Both the position numbers and the translations under genes were made by a program. The notes beneath the pieces are model-generated. The model saw only the letters and a program-made list of their open reading frames with translations, made no database searches and was not told where the DNA came from. A stretch of 63,684 nt of DNA, counting the filler, from Octopus bimaculoides (lineage: Eukaryota): the NCBI RefSeq assembly GCF_001194135.2. It is 3 parts of 2 records of this genome, joined end to end, with 100 filler letters (N's around TTAATTAATTAA, not from the genome) between each part and the next. Parts side by side here need not be neighbours in the genome. Positions count along the whole stretch, not along the records: positions 10,913 to 40,422 come from NC_068982.1; positions 40,523 to 63,684 come from NC_068982.1; 1 more part is not named here. One strand, given 5' to 3'. Below are positions 39,335 through 52,545 of the stretch, piece by piece (the first letter of the stretch is position 1; each line of letters starts with the position of its first letter).

Positions 39335-40070
39335 CCGTATGTTAAGGAGTTTGCTTTCCTACCACACAGTTCCGGGTTCAGACCCTCTACGTGACACCTA
39401 AAACTAGTGTCCTCTACTATAGCTCCGAGCCGACCAAACTGAATTTGGTAGACGGAAACTGAAAGAAGTCCGTCGTATATTAGTGCGCGTGTCCTTTTGT
39501 CTGCATTTGTCCTGCACCACTGCTTGATAACAGATGTTGATTTATTTACTTCCGTTACTAAGCGTTTCGGTAAAAAGAGGACAAGTAACAACCTTCTAAA
39601 AAGTGCATATATAAAATGTACTAAAACCAGTAAAAGATAAAAGGTATAAACAAAAAGACTTATGTCGTAGCTGTGTGGTAAGAAGCTTGCTTCCTAACCA
39701 CATAGCTCCAGGTTCAGGCCCACTGTGTGACACCTTGGCCAAGTGTCTTCTAGTATAGCCTCCGGCTGACCAAAGCCTTGTAAGTGGATTTAGTAGACGG
39801 AAAACTGAATGAAGCCCTGTGTGTGTGTGTGTATTTATGTGTGTGTGTATCATTGTGTCTGTGTTTGTCCCCACACCATCACTTGACGACCGGTGCTGAT
39901 GTGTTTACGTCACCGTAAATTAGCGGTTCGGCAAAAGAGACCGATAGAATGAGTACTAGACTTACCAAGAATAAGTCCTGGGGTCGATTTCTTCGACTAA
40001 AACCCTTTAAGGCGGTGCACCAGCATGGCCGAGGCCAAATGACTGAAACAAGTAAAAGAATAAAAGAACA
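39335..40070 (+). mobile_element. Two tandem CORE-like SINEs (39335-39590 truncated; 39665-40070 full length)
   Basis: Both carry acacc..agtgtc.tcta.tatagc..ccgaccaaa..ggtagacggaaactga; the second has the internal (GT)n and the complete tail. Confidence 0.88.
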
Positions 40071-40191
40071 TACACGCACATATACACACGTAGATAGATA
40101 GATAATTAGGGGGGTATATGTGTTTTCTGGTACTTTTTCTAGAATCGTCATGAGGGAGCAAGGTCTATAGGCATTGCAGGCCCTCTGAGAG

Positions 40192-40266
<75 letters not shown>

Positions 40267-40422
40267 TATAAGAGCATACGTGCGTTTCTGTGAGTGGAGC
40301 GGGGGTGTATAGCATTAATCATAAGTTTCTGACGTTCTGAATCTGATACACCGATTCAATGTACGTTTGTAAACATTTCTGTTATTATTATTCTTGAGAA
40401 AAATATGAACCGCGTAACTTCT

Positions 40423-40522
40423 NNNNNNNNNNNNNNNNNNNNNNNNNNNNNNNNNNNNNNNNNNNNTTAATTAATTAANNNNNNNNNNNNNNNNNNNNNN
40501 NNNNNNNNNNNNNNNNNNNNNN
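40423..40522. other. Artificial scaffold spacer (44 N + TTAATTAATTAA + 44 N)
   Basis: Identical to 10813-10912. Confidence 0.95.
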
Positions 40523-40546
40523 TATATATATATATATATATATACT

Positions 40547-40589
<43 letters not shown>

Positions 40590-40639
40590 ATATATATACA
40601 TATCGATCTGTCTGTCAGTGTTTTGACCTTTGTATTTAG

Positions 40640-42120
40640 GCATGTTACTTGGTATGTCAGATTTTAGGGGATTGGTATTCAAAGGTTCATATAAGAATGT
40701 AAGTATGTAGTAATGTTTAGTTAGTTGCTAGGCTGATAGAAAATTTTGTAGAAACGTTCTAAAAGTAGGAAAGCACATGGATAATTTGTGCATGACTTGT
40801 TTAGTGTAGAGTTGTAATATCAATATTTATGTGCATTATTATGGGTGTAGTTAATGAGAAGGTAGATAATGAAGAAGAAGTGTGGTGAGGTATTTTCATA
40901 TTTCGCCGTTATAAAAAATTATTGGTGTTTTAAAGATTTTGTGTTTATATGAGGAAACTGATTCAGAGTCTCGGTTCAGAGTTTGGTTCTTGAATGTGGG
41001 AAGGTGATAGAATTCGTTGGAACAGAGTTGGCGGGGTTTGTTGTTATCTTTGTATGGTTGTGCGTGTGACAATATTTCCTAGTTAATAGTGGAGTAATTC
41101 CTGATTTTAATCTCCATATATCTTTGGAGAGAGAGGTGTCATTTTTCTTGTTTGGGTTGCAAAAAGAGTGAGTTGGTTGTATAGTGTTTTGAACTGGTTT
41201 GCTATGGACTCTATATATGTAGATGTAGTAGTAGGTGTAATATTCCGGGATACTCTAGTGCTATTGACAATATTTCTTGAGAGACATTTTTCTTCTTGAG
41301 CGCAAGCTGAAGGCTTTCAACAATTCCTTTTGTTGTTATGTATGTGACTTTGGTTTTCAGTTTTAGACAGTTTTTGGTGGTTATAATTGGCTACAGTTTT
41401 TTTCAAAGTTATTGGTTGTAGAATATGACGGTTTTATAGTGTGTTTGTTAATTAGTTTTGATTAGGGTGGTGGAAATGTTTTTGGAGTATTTTGAAAAAT
41501 AACATCGCTATTGGTGTGAAGATATACAATATACATGTTGAAAGCGGTGATAGTGGTGGGGAGTTTAAACCAAATAATTTTCGTTTTTTCTATTCTTACA
41601 CTTTATTTATTGAAGGAGTGGTTTTGTTCATATATTCTACTCTACTTTTTCCTTGTATCCGCTATTATTGATAGCTTCATTATAAGGGGTTGCTCGTTGA
41701 GTATTTTTAAATTAGAGGGCGAAGAAGAAAGTCTAAGAGAAATGTTCCTTACTAAATTTTTGATTATGCCATTGAGGCGATTGGAATGTTTATGGGTTCA
41801 TTGGATTTTTTCGTTGTCCTTCTTGTATAATTTGCAGATACTGGATTCAAAGTCCAGTGTAACATTGAGGAAAAGGGAAATTTACTGTGTAAGTGTTCTA
41901 ATATGCAAAGGTCGACAATATTGCTTACCTCTGCCGAGTTCTTTGATCTCATGCTCACATCAAAAGATTCTTCAGTGTTTTCCTTGATCCAGAAAGTATT
42001 GTCGTGGAAGAGGAGGGATTTCCTTGCTTGTAATATTGTAGCTATTTCAGTGTCGCGACTTGAGCATCACACCTCTGTAAACTTCAGGTGAGAACAGGAT
42101 TCTCGGGGTTCTCGCCTAAA
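40640..42120 (-). mobile_element. Penelope-like element, internally deleted RT plus GIY-YIG (decayed)
   Basis: ILQARKSLLFHDNTFWIKEN..FDVSMRSKNSAEVSNIVDLCIL (cf. PLE FDVTMGSYDGAEVCELVG); later EEKCLSRNIV..TYIES.ANQFKTLYNQ (GIY-YIG). Confidence 0.85.
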
Positions 42121-42182
42121 GATTCTTGTGGTATGAAACTCGTCACGAGACAAGCTCAGTTACAGTTTCAATAAAAGTCCAT

Positions 42183-42228
<46 letters not shown>

Positions 42229-42271
42229 CACACACACTCATGTGCACACGCATCCCCCTCACTCAATCACA

Positions 42272-42555
42272 CATATGGCTTAATGGCTAAGAAGTTTGCT
42301 CAGCAACCACGCGGTCCCGACTTCAATCTTGCTGCATGATATTTTGGAAAATTGCCACTTCGTATAGCTTCTAACCAACCCACATCTTCTGAGTAAAATT
42401 GGATTGATGGAAACTGTATTGAAGCCAGTCGGATGGATTGTACACGTAATTCAAAAGCACGCCTTGTCACCTACTGTCACGCTGAGTATACATGAATTAC
42501 TTTAAGGTATACATGTCATTCACTCTACTTTAATCAGCAGGTAATTTAGTTGATT
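42272..42555 (+). mobile_element. CORE-like SINE variant with a different 3' tail
   Basis: tggcttaatggctaagaagtttgc..tcccgacttcaatc..gatggaaactg..gaagcc, then cttgtcacctactgtcacgctgag tail. Confidence 0.6.
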
Positions 42556-44038
42556 GTACAAATGAATTTTCCTCGTGGAAACCGATGGAGATCCACGCAC
42601 ATGCGCACCTGTTTATACATTTACACATACTGTATTTGTGTCTCAGGCTTCTCCTTCTCATTCCTTATCATCAACAACATTAGTTCATATTAATAAAATC
42701 TATGGTAAAACTGAATTAAGTTGGAGAATTCTTTTATTGTTTATTGATGTAGCTTATGGAGAGAAAATGACATTGAAGCATGTATAATAATTCATTATCA
42801 TATAAAAGGAACAGTTTTATTTGTGCTGAGCAATTTTTAATTTAGTCTGTTTAAGAGATGATGTTTTTTGTAAATATTTTAAGTTTTACTGACGAGTAAA
42901 GTGAATATTGACCAAAAGGAAGAACATGTTATAAACATGTCTATAATTTCCATTTCGAAGCTTCAGCTATTGATCAAATATTTGGCAGAAAGCAGGTTGT
43001 TTCGATGTAATAATGTTTGGTTTTGCTTCTTCGAGGAAAATGTTTGCAAATAAATGCAATAAAAACGATAATTATGGTTTTATAACAATGCTAGAAGATT
43101 GTTTTCCTTCTAGAAATACACAATTGAAAAACAATGCGAAACGATTTTATATTTTTATGAAGGGCATTAAGAATTGTAAAGAAATGTTTTATGCAACACG
43201 ATTAGAAATATAATAAAATATAAATGAATATGGAAAAGAAATAGATAAAAACATGTATTTATTGAATGTGTATAAAGTTCAGTATCATGAGAAGTAACAT
43301 GTATCATAATTTGTGGAAATATTCATGAAAACACTTAGTTTCAAACATTAACTTGTTTCTGTCAAATCGCGTGGCTATGGATTCAGATGTTGACATTAGT
43401 CAGTATCAATCATTCTTTCAAGTTGAATGAGTTTCCCAGGAATTTTAGTTTAAATATATAATAATGTTCATAGTCTAGTATAAGTTAGTACGTACATGAT
43501 TCTAGATGAATATAAACATTATAATTAGGTATGATAAGGAAAAAGTAATATAATCTATTCTGGGATTCATTGTTTCAAGCAACTGTATCTCAAGATCTAG
43601 ATACTTTAATTTTCAGTGACAACTTTTTAGAAGTATCCAGAAGAAAGGTACCAGGTAATATATAAATGTAATCCAAAGAGAGTGCGGATTGCAATCTTTA
43701 GCTTTTAAGATGTCTTCTAGCCATTGTTAGTGGATTGTTTCAGAAGTTGTTTATGTTAGAAAAGACACCTGGGCAAGAAGAGAATTCCATTCAGTTGTAG
43801 ATATGGAGAAGAAAAATTAATTATTATATTTCATTCTGTATCCTGAGGTGAGAAACAGTAGGTAAGATGGTAGAGGAGATTTTAGTAGATTTAAAAGATG
43901 AATGCTCAATGTACAAGTGGTTGTAGAGGGAGAGCGAAAGCGAGAGCGAGAGCGAGAGAGAGAGAGAGAGTGAGAGAGAGAAATAGTGACATCAAAGGAA
44001 GTACAGTAGCTTTAGAATACTGTTGATTGAATACTTGC

Positions 44039-44083
44039 CTATCAGGTGTTCATATTTTCTTGGAAGCAACTTAAAATGAATAT
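44039..44083 (-). CDS. Candidate 45-nt symmetric exon (IHFKLLPRKYEHLI) with GC donor
   Basis: Acceptor ttaacattcacag, donor AG|gcaagt, single open frame (phase 1-1). Confidence 0.3.
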
Positions 44084-44411
44084 CTGTGAATGTTAACCGC
44101 CTCGTTCCAGGTTTTTGGGAGATTATTTAGGATAAACTGAAATATATTCTACTGCTCGAATTAAACAGGATTATGATGTTAATCAGGCTTTCGTAACAGT
44201 CTGAGATGATGAAAGCTAAGGGAAGGATTCGTCGTAATATTTCTTAAAGTAGTAATGTTCAGTGACGCTTCAAATCTATATATGAGTCTAGGGTGCCATT
44301 TGGAAGCATGTAATGCTTGCATATTTTACACATATATTAAACCTGTGATCGTTGACAAGGTTCTGCATCCCATCCCACTATGGAAAAAGAAATAATATCT
44401 ATCCAACATAC

Positions 44412-44460
44412 CAGCAATAAGCTGTTGATCCCATATAATCAGAGAAATTAGCCACATTTG
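44412..44460 (-). CDS. Candidate 49-nt exon (NVANFSDYMGSTAYC or QMWLISLIIWDQQLIA)
   Basis: Branch point plus acceptor ctaacttcctctgaag, donor CTG|gtatgt. Confidence 0.3.
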
Positions 44461-45752
44461 CTTCAGAGGAAGTTAGAATGGGAGTGATAATGAAAAAAAT
44501 ATTGCACGTATTGTAAAAAAGTGAAAACGCTTCCACTTAGAATAGAACCATGTTTTTGCTGTGTTTTTCATAAAATAATTAATTTTCACTTGTGCTAATG
44601 GGTAAAAGACATAATATTGAAAAACAAAAACGGCCAGTAGAGATGAGTGTTTGAAAACATTATAGTCACAATGATATTATTATGAAATATAATGTATGAA
44701 AGAGAAATTTATATCGAATATAGGAAGAATAATTAAAAGAAACAAAAGCAAACGTTATGTTCTTAGAAATGTGCGCCAAGATCTATAGATTTGAAATAAT
44801 GTGAGGGAAATGAAAGTAACATGAATAAGAGTGCTGCATGACCTTGGAACGCGTCTATATGAGTTTCTATTGAGAACAAGAAGTGAAGGTATCTTAGAAA
44901 GGAAGTTTAGGAGTAATTTGGCAAATACACTTGAAAGCTCATGAAACGTGCATTTTCATCAATAGATATGTAAGCATATTGTTAATATCACACCCAAAGG
45001 AGCACTTTGAGCCAATTTCATTGTATAATAGTTGAAGACTTTCAACAATACAACCTGCTGATCAACTTGTAAAATGGTGAACACTCGTGTGAACTGCTTT
45101 TATTGGATTTAAAAGGGATTTATAGTTTTCTGCCTATAGGAATACAGTACTTTATATGCATCATGCTACTGCAAACAAAATTAGAGATAAAGGCAAACAC
45201 TAAGCGTTTCTCCAATAACCTTTGTATCGGATTCCCATCCTATCAGACCGTTAGTCTAATACATCTCATTTTCTTCCCCTGTGGTAGTATGAACTAGATT
45301 ATAAGAGAATAGTAATTTCCCTAGAATACTGAAATAGCAATACATCGAAAAACAAAATTAAATGAAAAGCTGATAGATTACCCGAAAGCAAGGCGTATAG
45401 AATATTTGATTAGTTTATATGAATGGGCACGCGTATTGATAATAAAATGCAAATATTTCTAGAAGACCGTCGGCGATGTTTTGATAAAACTAAAAGCGCA
45501 TTCACGAGGAGTTTTAGAAAGAAACGAATCAATGACTGTAATGATTGTACTGCAGTTCTCTCTTGGAAGGTGTGGTTAGCAGAGGTAAAATAGCTTGAAA
45601 TTAGTGACATTTTGAAAGGAATTTTAAACTTCTCATATATATANNNNNNNNNNNNNNNNNNNNNNNNNNNNNNNNNNNNNNNNNNNNNNNNNNNNNNNNN
45701 NNNNNNNNNNNNNNNNNNNNNNNNNNNNNNNNNNNNNNNNNNNNNNNNNNNN

Positions 45753-45807
<55 letters not shown>

Positions 45808-45967
45808 CGTGTATGCTACTGGACCCACTGATTTCTCGTAGCTTATTGCTGTTTTAATTATACAAATTACCCTACATCTCTAATGCTCCTTTGTAAAATG
45901 CCTACCTCATATGCATGCTGAAATGCTCATGACGCCTATTGAGGTAAAAACACTGTCCATAGTTGTT

Positions 45968-46025
45968 TTCTTGTCTCCAGATAAAACAGGCTGCCGTGGC
46001 GGCCTATTTTATCTGGGGACAAGAA
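45968..46025. other. 58-nt near-perfect hairpin/palindrome
   Basis: ttcttgtctccagataaaacaggctgcc-gt-ggcggcctattttatctggggacaagaa: 28-bp arms with 1 mismatch and 2 G-U pairs. Confidence 0.85.
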
Positions 46026-46261
46026 GTTTCGAAAAAGACAAGTGTTTGGAGGCAAGGAGTTGCGGAAAATTCTTTGATTCATGAGATTATCTCACCTCAT
46101 TCAGTGTTGATCGCGGTTGTCACATGATATTAGTTCACTGTTACCTGAAGCGAAGGTAATGTATATAAATAAAGACTTTATCTTGTATAGCCATTAATAT
46201 ATCTTTATTCGTCTTTGTTGTCCAAATTCACACAACTAACCAGACTCTTTCTTTGTATATA

Positions 46262-47541
46262 CGAGGGTGAGCTGAAAAGTTCCTAGGCTGACTTTGAAGG
46301 TGTGTCGCCTGAACTGTGAAATTTTGCATGCGTTAATTCCAACACTTATTAATAACTGCATTGTTGCTTTCAAGGTAAACTGACATCTTATTGTTTAAAG
46401 TAAACTTCAAAAGTAATTAGTAGCAGCTTCTTTTAAAAATCGACAAAATTTGACATCGTGCTGTTACCAAGTACCTGTAGAAAAACGGTTAGGCCTGCAA
46501 GATATTCATGCTGTCAGGGTTGCTACATTAGGGGATGGCGCTTCAAGTTTTGTCAACAGTTCAAAAGTGGGTAGCTGATTTTAAGAGGAGAAGGGAGAGT
46601 CTTGAAGATGATCTAAGGTCTAGACGTCCTGCAACTACCACCACCGAAAAAAAGCATTGATCGTGTTCACCACATGGTGATAGATAACAGGCGATTGACA
46701 ATAAATCCAATAGCCAATCCTATTTGCATATTCCATGAGAGAATTGGGAATATCGAGCTCAATGAACTTGGTATGACGAAGGTTTCAGCTCAGTGGGTGT
46801 CACATCTTCTGACATCTGATCATCAAAAGTACCCCACGCTGATCACGTCACGGGAAGATCTGACGTCGTTTGAGGTAGATCTAGCTGGTTTCCATGAACG
46901 CTTCCTAAGTTAGGATGAGTGTTGGGTTCATCACTTTGAGCCAGAGACGACACAGACAATCGATGCAGGGGAAACAACCCTCCTCACCTGCCCCCCAAAA
47001 GTTCAAGGTCGTTTGATCTGCAGGGACGGTGGTGGACTCGTTTTTTTGGCTACAAAATATATTGTATTTATTGACTATCTTCAAAAGAGCGACACCGTCA
47101 ATGCACTATTTCAACTTGCTGAGGTAGTTACAAAAGGCTATCAAGACCAAACGCACAAGAAAACTGATGAAAGAAGTCTTGTTTCATCTGGACAATGCTC
47201 CAGTATACAAGTCGCTGCTTTCAATGGCTCCTGTGCTTGACTGGATTTGAACTGGTTGATTAGCCTCTCTATTCTCCTGATTTGATCTCATCTGGCTATC
47301 ATCTGTTCTCCAACAGGAAAAATCACTTGGCTATGAACGAGTATTGTAGTGGTGGTGACGTCATATCTGCTATTGGTGACTGTTTTGTCCAACAGAATGA
47401 AAGCTTCACCAATAAGATGCACGCACTGCAACAATAGAAGTGTGTGGACCGCAAGGGGGACTATATTGATAAATAAACTTCATTTGGTCACATTCCATGA
47501 GAATAACTGGATCAGCCTATGAACTTTTCAGCCGACCCTTG
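46262..47541 (+). mobile_element. Full-length (1280 bp) mariner element
   Basis: TIRs cgagggtgagctgaaaagttcctaggctga / tcagcctatgaacttttcagccgacccttg, flanked by TA on both sides. Confidence 0.95.
46439..47476 (+). pseudogene. Mariner DD34D transposase pseudogene
   Basis: DDLRSRRP, DNRRLT, KVSAQWV, DECWVHHFEPET, DNAP and YSPDL motifs; start codon mutated to ATC; many stops and frameshifts. Confidence 0.92.
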
Positions 47542-47551
47542 TATGTATATG

Positions 47552-47600
<49 letters not shown>

Positions 47601-47610
47601 NNNNNNNNNN

Positions 47611-47662
<52 letters not shown>

Positions 47663-47669
47663 GTGCTAA

Positions 47670-48290
47670 GGGAATCTGCTCGCTATACAGGAGTAAATCC
47701 TGGAACTGCACAGAAAGGACCAGAAAAAGGATAGATGAGGTTAACTCATGATATAACAACAAAAATACCAGAGTGACATGTTCATTGATGCTACCCCTGG
47801 CGACGAACTAGCATACCTTTTTAGAAAAACATTAGATAAAGCCAATCTACGGATTAAAGTAGTAGAAAGGCCCGCTGCCCCCATAAAATCCCTGATCGGT
47901 AGAACTCATCCCTTCGATAGGTGCCCATGTATGGAGAGCAATTGTATTGTTTATAGGATGAACCCACAGGTTAAATGTAAGGTTAGGAATATAGTGAATT
48001 GCTTACGATGTACTGAGGGACGGTGTAGAAATATGACAACTACTTACATTGGAGAGACAGTATAGTCGAGCGTATTGGTGAACTCTGGCGAGAGCTGAAA
48101 AAGAGAAAGGCTCGTCAGTGCTCTACCAACATGCTCAAGTAGAACATAGAGGCTTGGTTAATAGCATAGATGTTAAGGTATTATCAACGTATAGAACTGA
48201 TACGACATTGAGATCACAGAGGCTACACACATAACAATAGACAGACCTAAGCCTAAACAGAAAACATGAATGGAACAAGAACACCCATCA
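47670..48290 (+). mobile_element. Penelope-like element 3' region, GIY-YIG endonuclease (decayed)
   Basis: MFIDATPGDEL..IKVVERP..HPFDRCPC..C..NIV.CLRC..TTYIGET..SSVLYQHAQVEH..LNRKHEWN. Confidence 0.85.
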
Positions 48291-48832
48291 CCACACAAAA
48301 CCACACAACATGACGACTAAAGTTAGAAGAGAAAATAGGTACAATGTAACACACACACAATAGACAAATATGCACATACTTATGATAAATATAATAAATA
48401 ATGATAGAAAAAAAGCTTATAAAGGGCACGATACAAACAACATAGGAAGCGAACCTACATACACGCACAAGTAGTAACTTCACAGAGGGCCGTATCCAGA
48501 ACACAACCAACAACAACAACAGCAACAGCGGTAACAGCAGCAGCAGCAACAACAACAACTACCACGATGGCAGCTGCGTGGAAGAACACACAAACACAGA
48601 GAGATATAGGACAGTACCAAAAGTCGGGTTTAAGGGCAGCAGCAGCGACAAAGGGGGAGGGGACGGGGCTAAGGGGAGGGTCATAATGCTACTAGCAACA
48701 ATAACAGACACATACACACACACATGTACATACACATACAAATACGGAAGCAAAAATATGCGCATATAAGGATACACATCATAGAAGAACAGAATGGAAT
48801 AAGCGGAGCAAGAGCACACACGAAGACGGAAA

Positions 48833-48877
48833 GTGTCGTTGAAGAGGTCACGGATGTGTGACGAAATGTTTCCGGAC
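48833..48877 (+). ncRNA. Degenerate Penelope-type hammerhead motif
   Basis: TTGAAGA-G-GTCAC(ggatgt)GTGAC-GAAA-tgttt: C3U core variant and a perfect 5-bp helix II; helix I is poorly formed. Lies downstream of the PLE ORF on the same strand. Confidence 0.4.
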
Positions 48878-49002
48878 AATGGACATGAGTTAGAATAAGA
48901 ACAGTAATAAACGAGTGAAGAACGAATATATAATGCGTGTGTTTATTTCGCAAAAAAATGACCTCCCGAAATACAGTACATGTACACATACACATACATA
49001 AG

Positions 49003-49060
<58 letters not shown>

Positions 49061-49177
49061 GTGTGTGTGTGTATAGTACAAACACCATACAATGGCAGTG
49101 CACTTTCTCGGAGATAGTTTGTGACATAGGCTGAATTCCCATTTCCATTATTTTATTTGATTTGCCTCTCTTAATAC

Positions 49178-49237
49178 CCGTTATTTCCAGCCAGAGGAGG
49201 CATGCTGTCTTGATCTCCACGCAGTAGCAGTATCCAC
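49178..49237 (-). CDS. Candidate 60-nt symmetric exon (GYCYCVEIKTACLLWLEIT or WILLLRGDQDSMPPLAGNN)
   Basis: GC-rich island in AT-rich DNA bounded by aatcag| and CGG|gtatta; length divisible by 3; two open frames. Confidence 0.3.
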
Positions 49238-50269
49238 CTGATTTATTTAAGGTTGGTGGAGCGTTTCTATATATATATATATATCTTTTGGTCTGACAAA
49301 TAAGTTGGTGACGCAATGAACGAATAAAAAAAATCACGCTTAGAGCCTCCATTTTAAATTGAAAAATTTATACATGAAAAATTAGAACTTATTGTAAATA
49401 TGGATAGAAAGTTATCTATAAATTTAGATTTTATCCTTAGAGAGACATTAGACTCAGACAATTAATTAAAAAAAAACACTCTTAGAAGATTTCTGATTTA
49501 AATTATCTTTCAACCAGTCATTAATCAACATCTTCAATTAATGGAATTAATTATTTTTGCAGTTCTTTATCGATCAAAACCTTTCAGCTATGGTGGGAAA
49601 TAGTTAAATCACTTTAGTGTATCAAAACATAGTATAATCAATAACTCTCTGTTAATTCAAAATGAACATACCTGACTGAAACTAAATAAGATTTCACGTA
49701 TGTGATAAATTTGGATGTTGCAATCTTTCTAAATATTTGTGCCTCAGGAAATATATGAAGTGAAATATTTATTTCGATTTTCTCTTCCCAAGACATCAAT
49801 TAATAAGAAGCTTAAATGGTTTATTTGCAGCACGAAGTAAATAATAATCAAATTCATGGAAGGTAATGATCAGTTTGCTATACGAAAATACATTTAATCC
49901 AAGTTATGTTGGAAATATTGAAAATATAATATACCAAACAGTGTCGTTCAGAATTAATTACGGCTGTTACGTCTCAACTGAAATATGATAAAAATACCAT
50001 TTTATGCTAATAATACTAATAACTCTAATCCAATGACCTGTGACTGAACGACTTATAAATTTGTGTTTATTTCACAAATCATTATTATTATTATCTGTGA
50101 ATATGTTTCCAGGAAACTAATTATATAGACAAAATTTTAAGATTTCTGTTTCTAACATGTAAAAAACAAGACCATTAAGATAATTGAATATATCAGTTTC
50201 CATTTGCATTAGAAATATCTGTCTGTTAAATAGAGGTTGCTAAATTTGCTAACGTCTTGCTGTTGTTTA

Positions 50270-50485
50270 GATCCTCATTTTTGTAGAAGCAATTCTATCT
50301 TTTCGAAACACCCTGTATCCCCGACTATATTATCCTATGCGTCGTTCTTTTCTCCGATGGTAAATGATACTTTGACGGAGATTTGGCTGCTACATTTAGC
50401 AAGCCAAGCATCGGCGTTGAAGCTCCAACAATGGCTGCCAAAGAAGCTCCTTAATTTCTCGAAGAAGTTACAGGTGCATTGACAC
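50270..50485 (-). mobile_element. Recurrent repeat (gctag..tagcagccaaatctcc family), reverse copy
   Basis: ggagatttggctgctacatttagcaagc is the reverse complement of the block at 19480-19500. Confidence 0.65.
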
Positions 50486-50645
50486 TTTCACAGTTGACGC
50501 AACAAAGATTTCCTTTGGTGTTATCTACACAGACAAGACCTTCAAAAATTAAAAGAAACATTACTTGTATGAATATAAAGCGATATTTGGAGATATATTT
50601 AGAATTATATACTTTTGATATCATGTATGTATGTTTGTATGCATA

Positions 50646-50730
<85 letters not shown>

Positions 50731-51661
50731 CTTAATAATTGTTATTCCTCTTGTGATTATATACATTGACAATGTATTGGATTGAATTATGCCACGTTAG
50801 CTGCCCAAACAGAAATAAATCGATGAATTTACCATACCAAAACCCCAGCAACTTAAACTGTAATGTAAGATATTTTAGCTGTTACGATTTTTGCTTGGAG
50901 TCTTTTTTCATTTTGTATAAAAGAGCCATTTTAATTATATTTAAAAACGAAAAGTAAAAGCCTACCTAGCCCGAAGCTGATTGTATCTTTAAATATTTAA
51001 ATACATTGCATGTTAACGTGTTTGAAGCATTTGCTTTACATATAAGTAAATATATTTATATTTCCGTTAAGTTTCTACTATTCACAGAGTAAAAGTAGCA
51101 TTTAATCTTGAAAACTATTATAATAATCAATAAAACGTTGCCAGAAAGTTAAAATCCAATGAGTCCTAGCATCTCATTTGAATAATGAATGCAATAATGT
51201 AGAAATTCCTGTACGTAAGAAAGAGGAAAAGGACGAGGAAGAATATGTCATCATTCTTGCTAGATTAAGTTATAGTTACAAGATGGCTTCTATTTGATAA
51301 AATATACATTTCCAAGAATTGATTTGATAAGATATCATACATATGTCTGATTTATTGAAATGATTATTAAAAGTAAAGAAGATAGGTAATTTTATTCACA
51401 ATTTCAGTCTTTTCATTTGAGTAACAACGAACAACACTAATAATGTATAAATATGTCACATACGTATTTACGTATTTTAATAATTCAAATGGCTTTGCAG
51501 ATAAAGTATAGAATTTTGTGGCTAAAAAAAATGACTCAATCAGTTTTTTAGGATGTACAAAATCATGTTAGGATTTACACAGTTATTCTAGTACAAAAAT
51601 AATTTATTTTTCACTATGATAAAGATTCAGCCATGCAATATTTCTGTAAAAGTTAAAGAAT

Positions 51662-51710
<49 letters not shown>

Positions 51711-52394
51711 CTACATTCTCAGCAGATTTAGTTTTCTCCACGGAATATTACTGTGTCGTGTTTTGAAGTCTTTTCAATATATATCGTTTGCTAAATGTCA
51801 TTGAGTTTCAAAACATTAAATCAATCGGCAGTAAAAGCTTAAATGTAGTGTGATTCAACTAAACTTTTTTTCGATCGTAAAATGGCATTTTATCTTTTGA
51901 TAAAAAAAAGTAAATAATATGCTGATAGAAAGAAGAACGGAATATAGCATCCCATTGAGATTTGTTTGAAAAATGAAAAAAGTAACATAGATACGTCAAA
52001 TTTAATTCCTCCACAGAAGCTTCTACTGATTCCACATATAACTGCAGAACAAAGCGTGAATTCTGTCATTTCAACCAATACATAGTGGCTTCTGTTTGCA
52101 AAACTAAAATAATTAAGCATTGTGTTGGAATAGGACGAAATTATGAAGTTTCAACAATGTTTACATGATTTATTAAACCTGCTGTTTTTAATTAGTTTAC
52201 CTCAAGAAATTGATTATTAAGCAACACTTGAAACGTTCATAACCATAACGTATCGTTTGATAAAGATACTTGTCCACGTGGAAAGCAAAAAATAGAAATT
52301 TCGGACAAATCTTCTCTCTCTATATATAATAAGACACGCACATATTGCTCTTTTACCGGTTTAAGTTATTGAGCTACAACCAAACAAGGTCAGT

Positions 52395-52545
52395 CCCGTG
52401 ACGTTTATTCTGGACATGCGCCTGGTATCAAATGAATTAAGAAATTTGATGTTACTGCTCTCACCTCTGACTCATATTGCAATGTGGGTTAAGCAATAAG
52501 CAATTTTCCGGCACGTTGATGGTTCTGCTAGCTCACCGCTTAGAC
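52395..52545 (-). mobile_element. Meta/MESC-like SINE head fragment
   Basis: ttttccggcacgttgatggttctgctagctcaccgc is the reverse of the ggcggcgagctggcagaatcgttagcacgccgg head. Confidence 0.55.

Noticed and set aside
50271-50359. Apparent plus-strand exon with branch point and donor
   Set aside because: It lies within a reverse copy of the recurrent gctag..gcagccaaatctcc repeat family.
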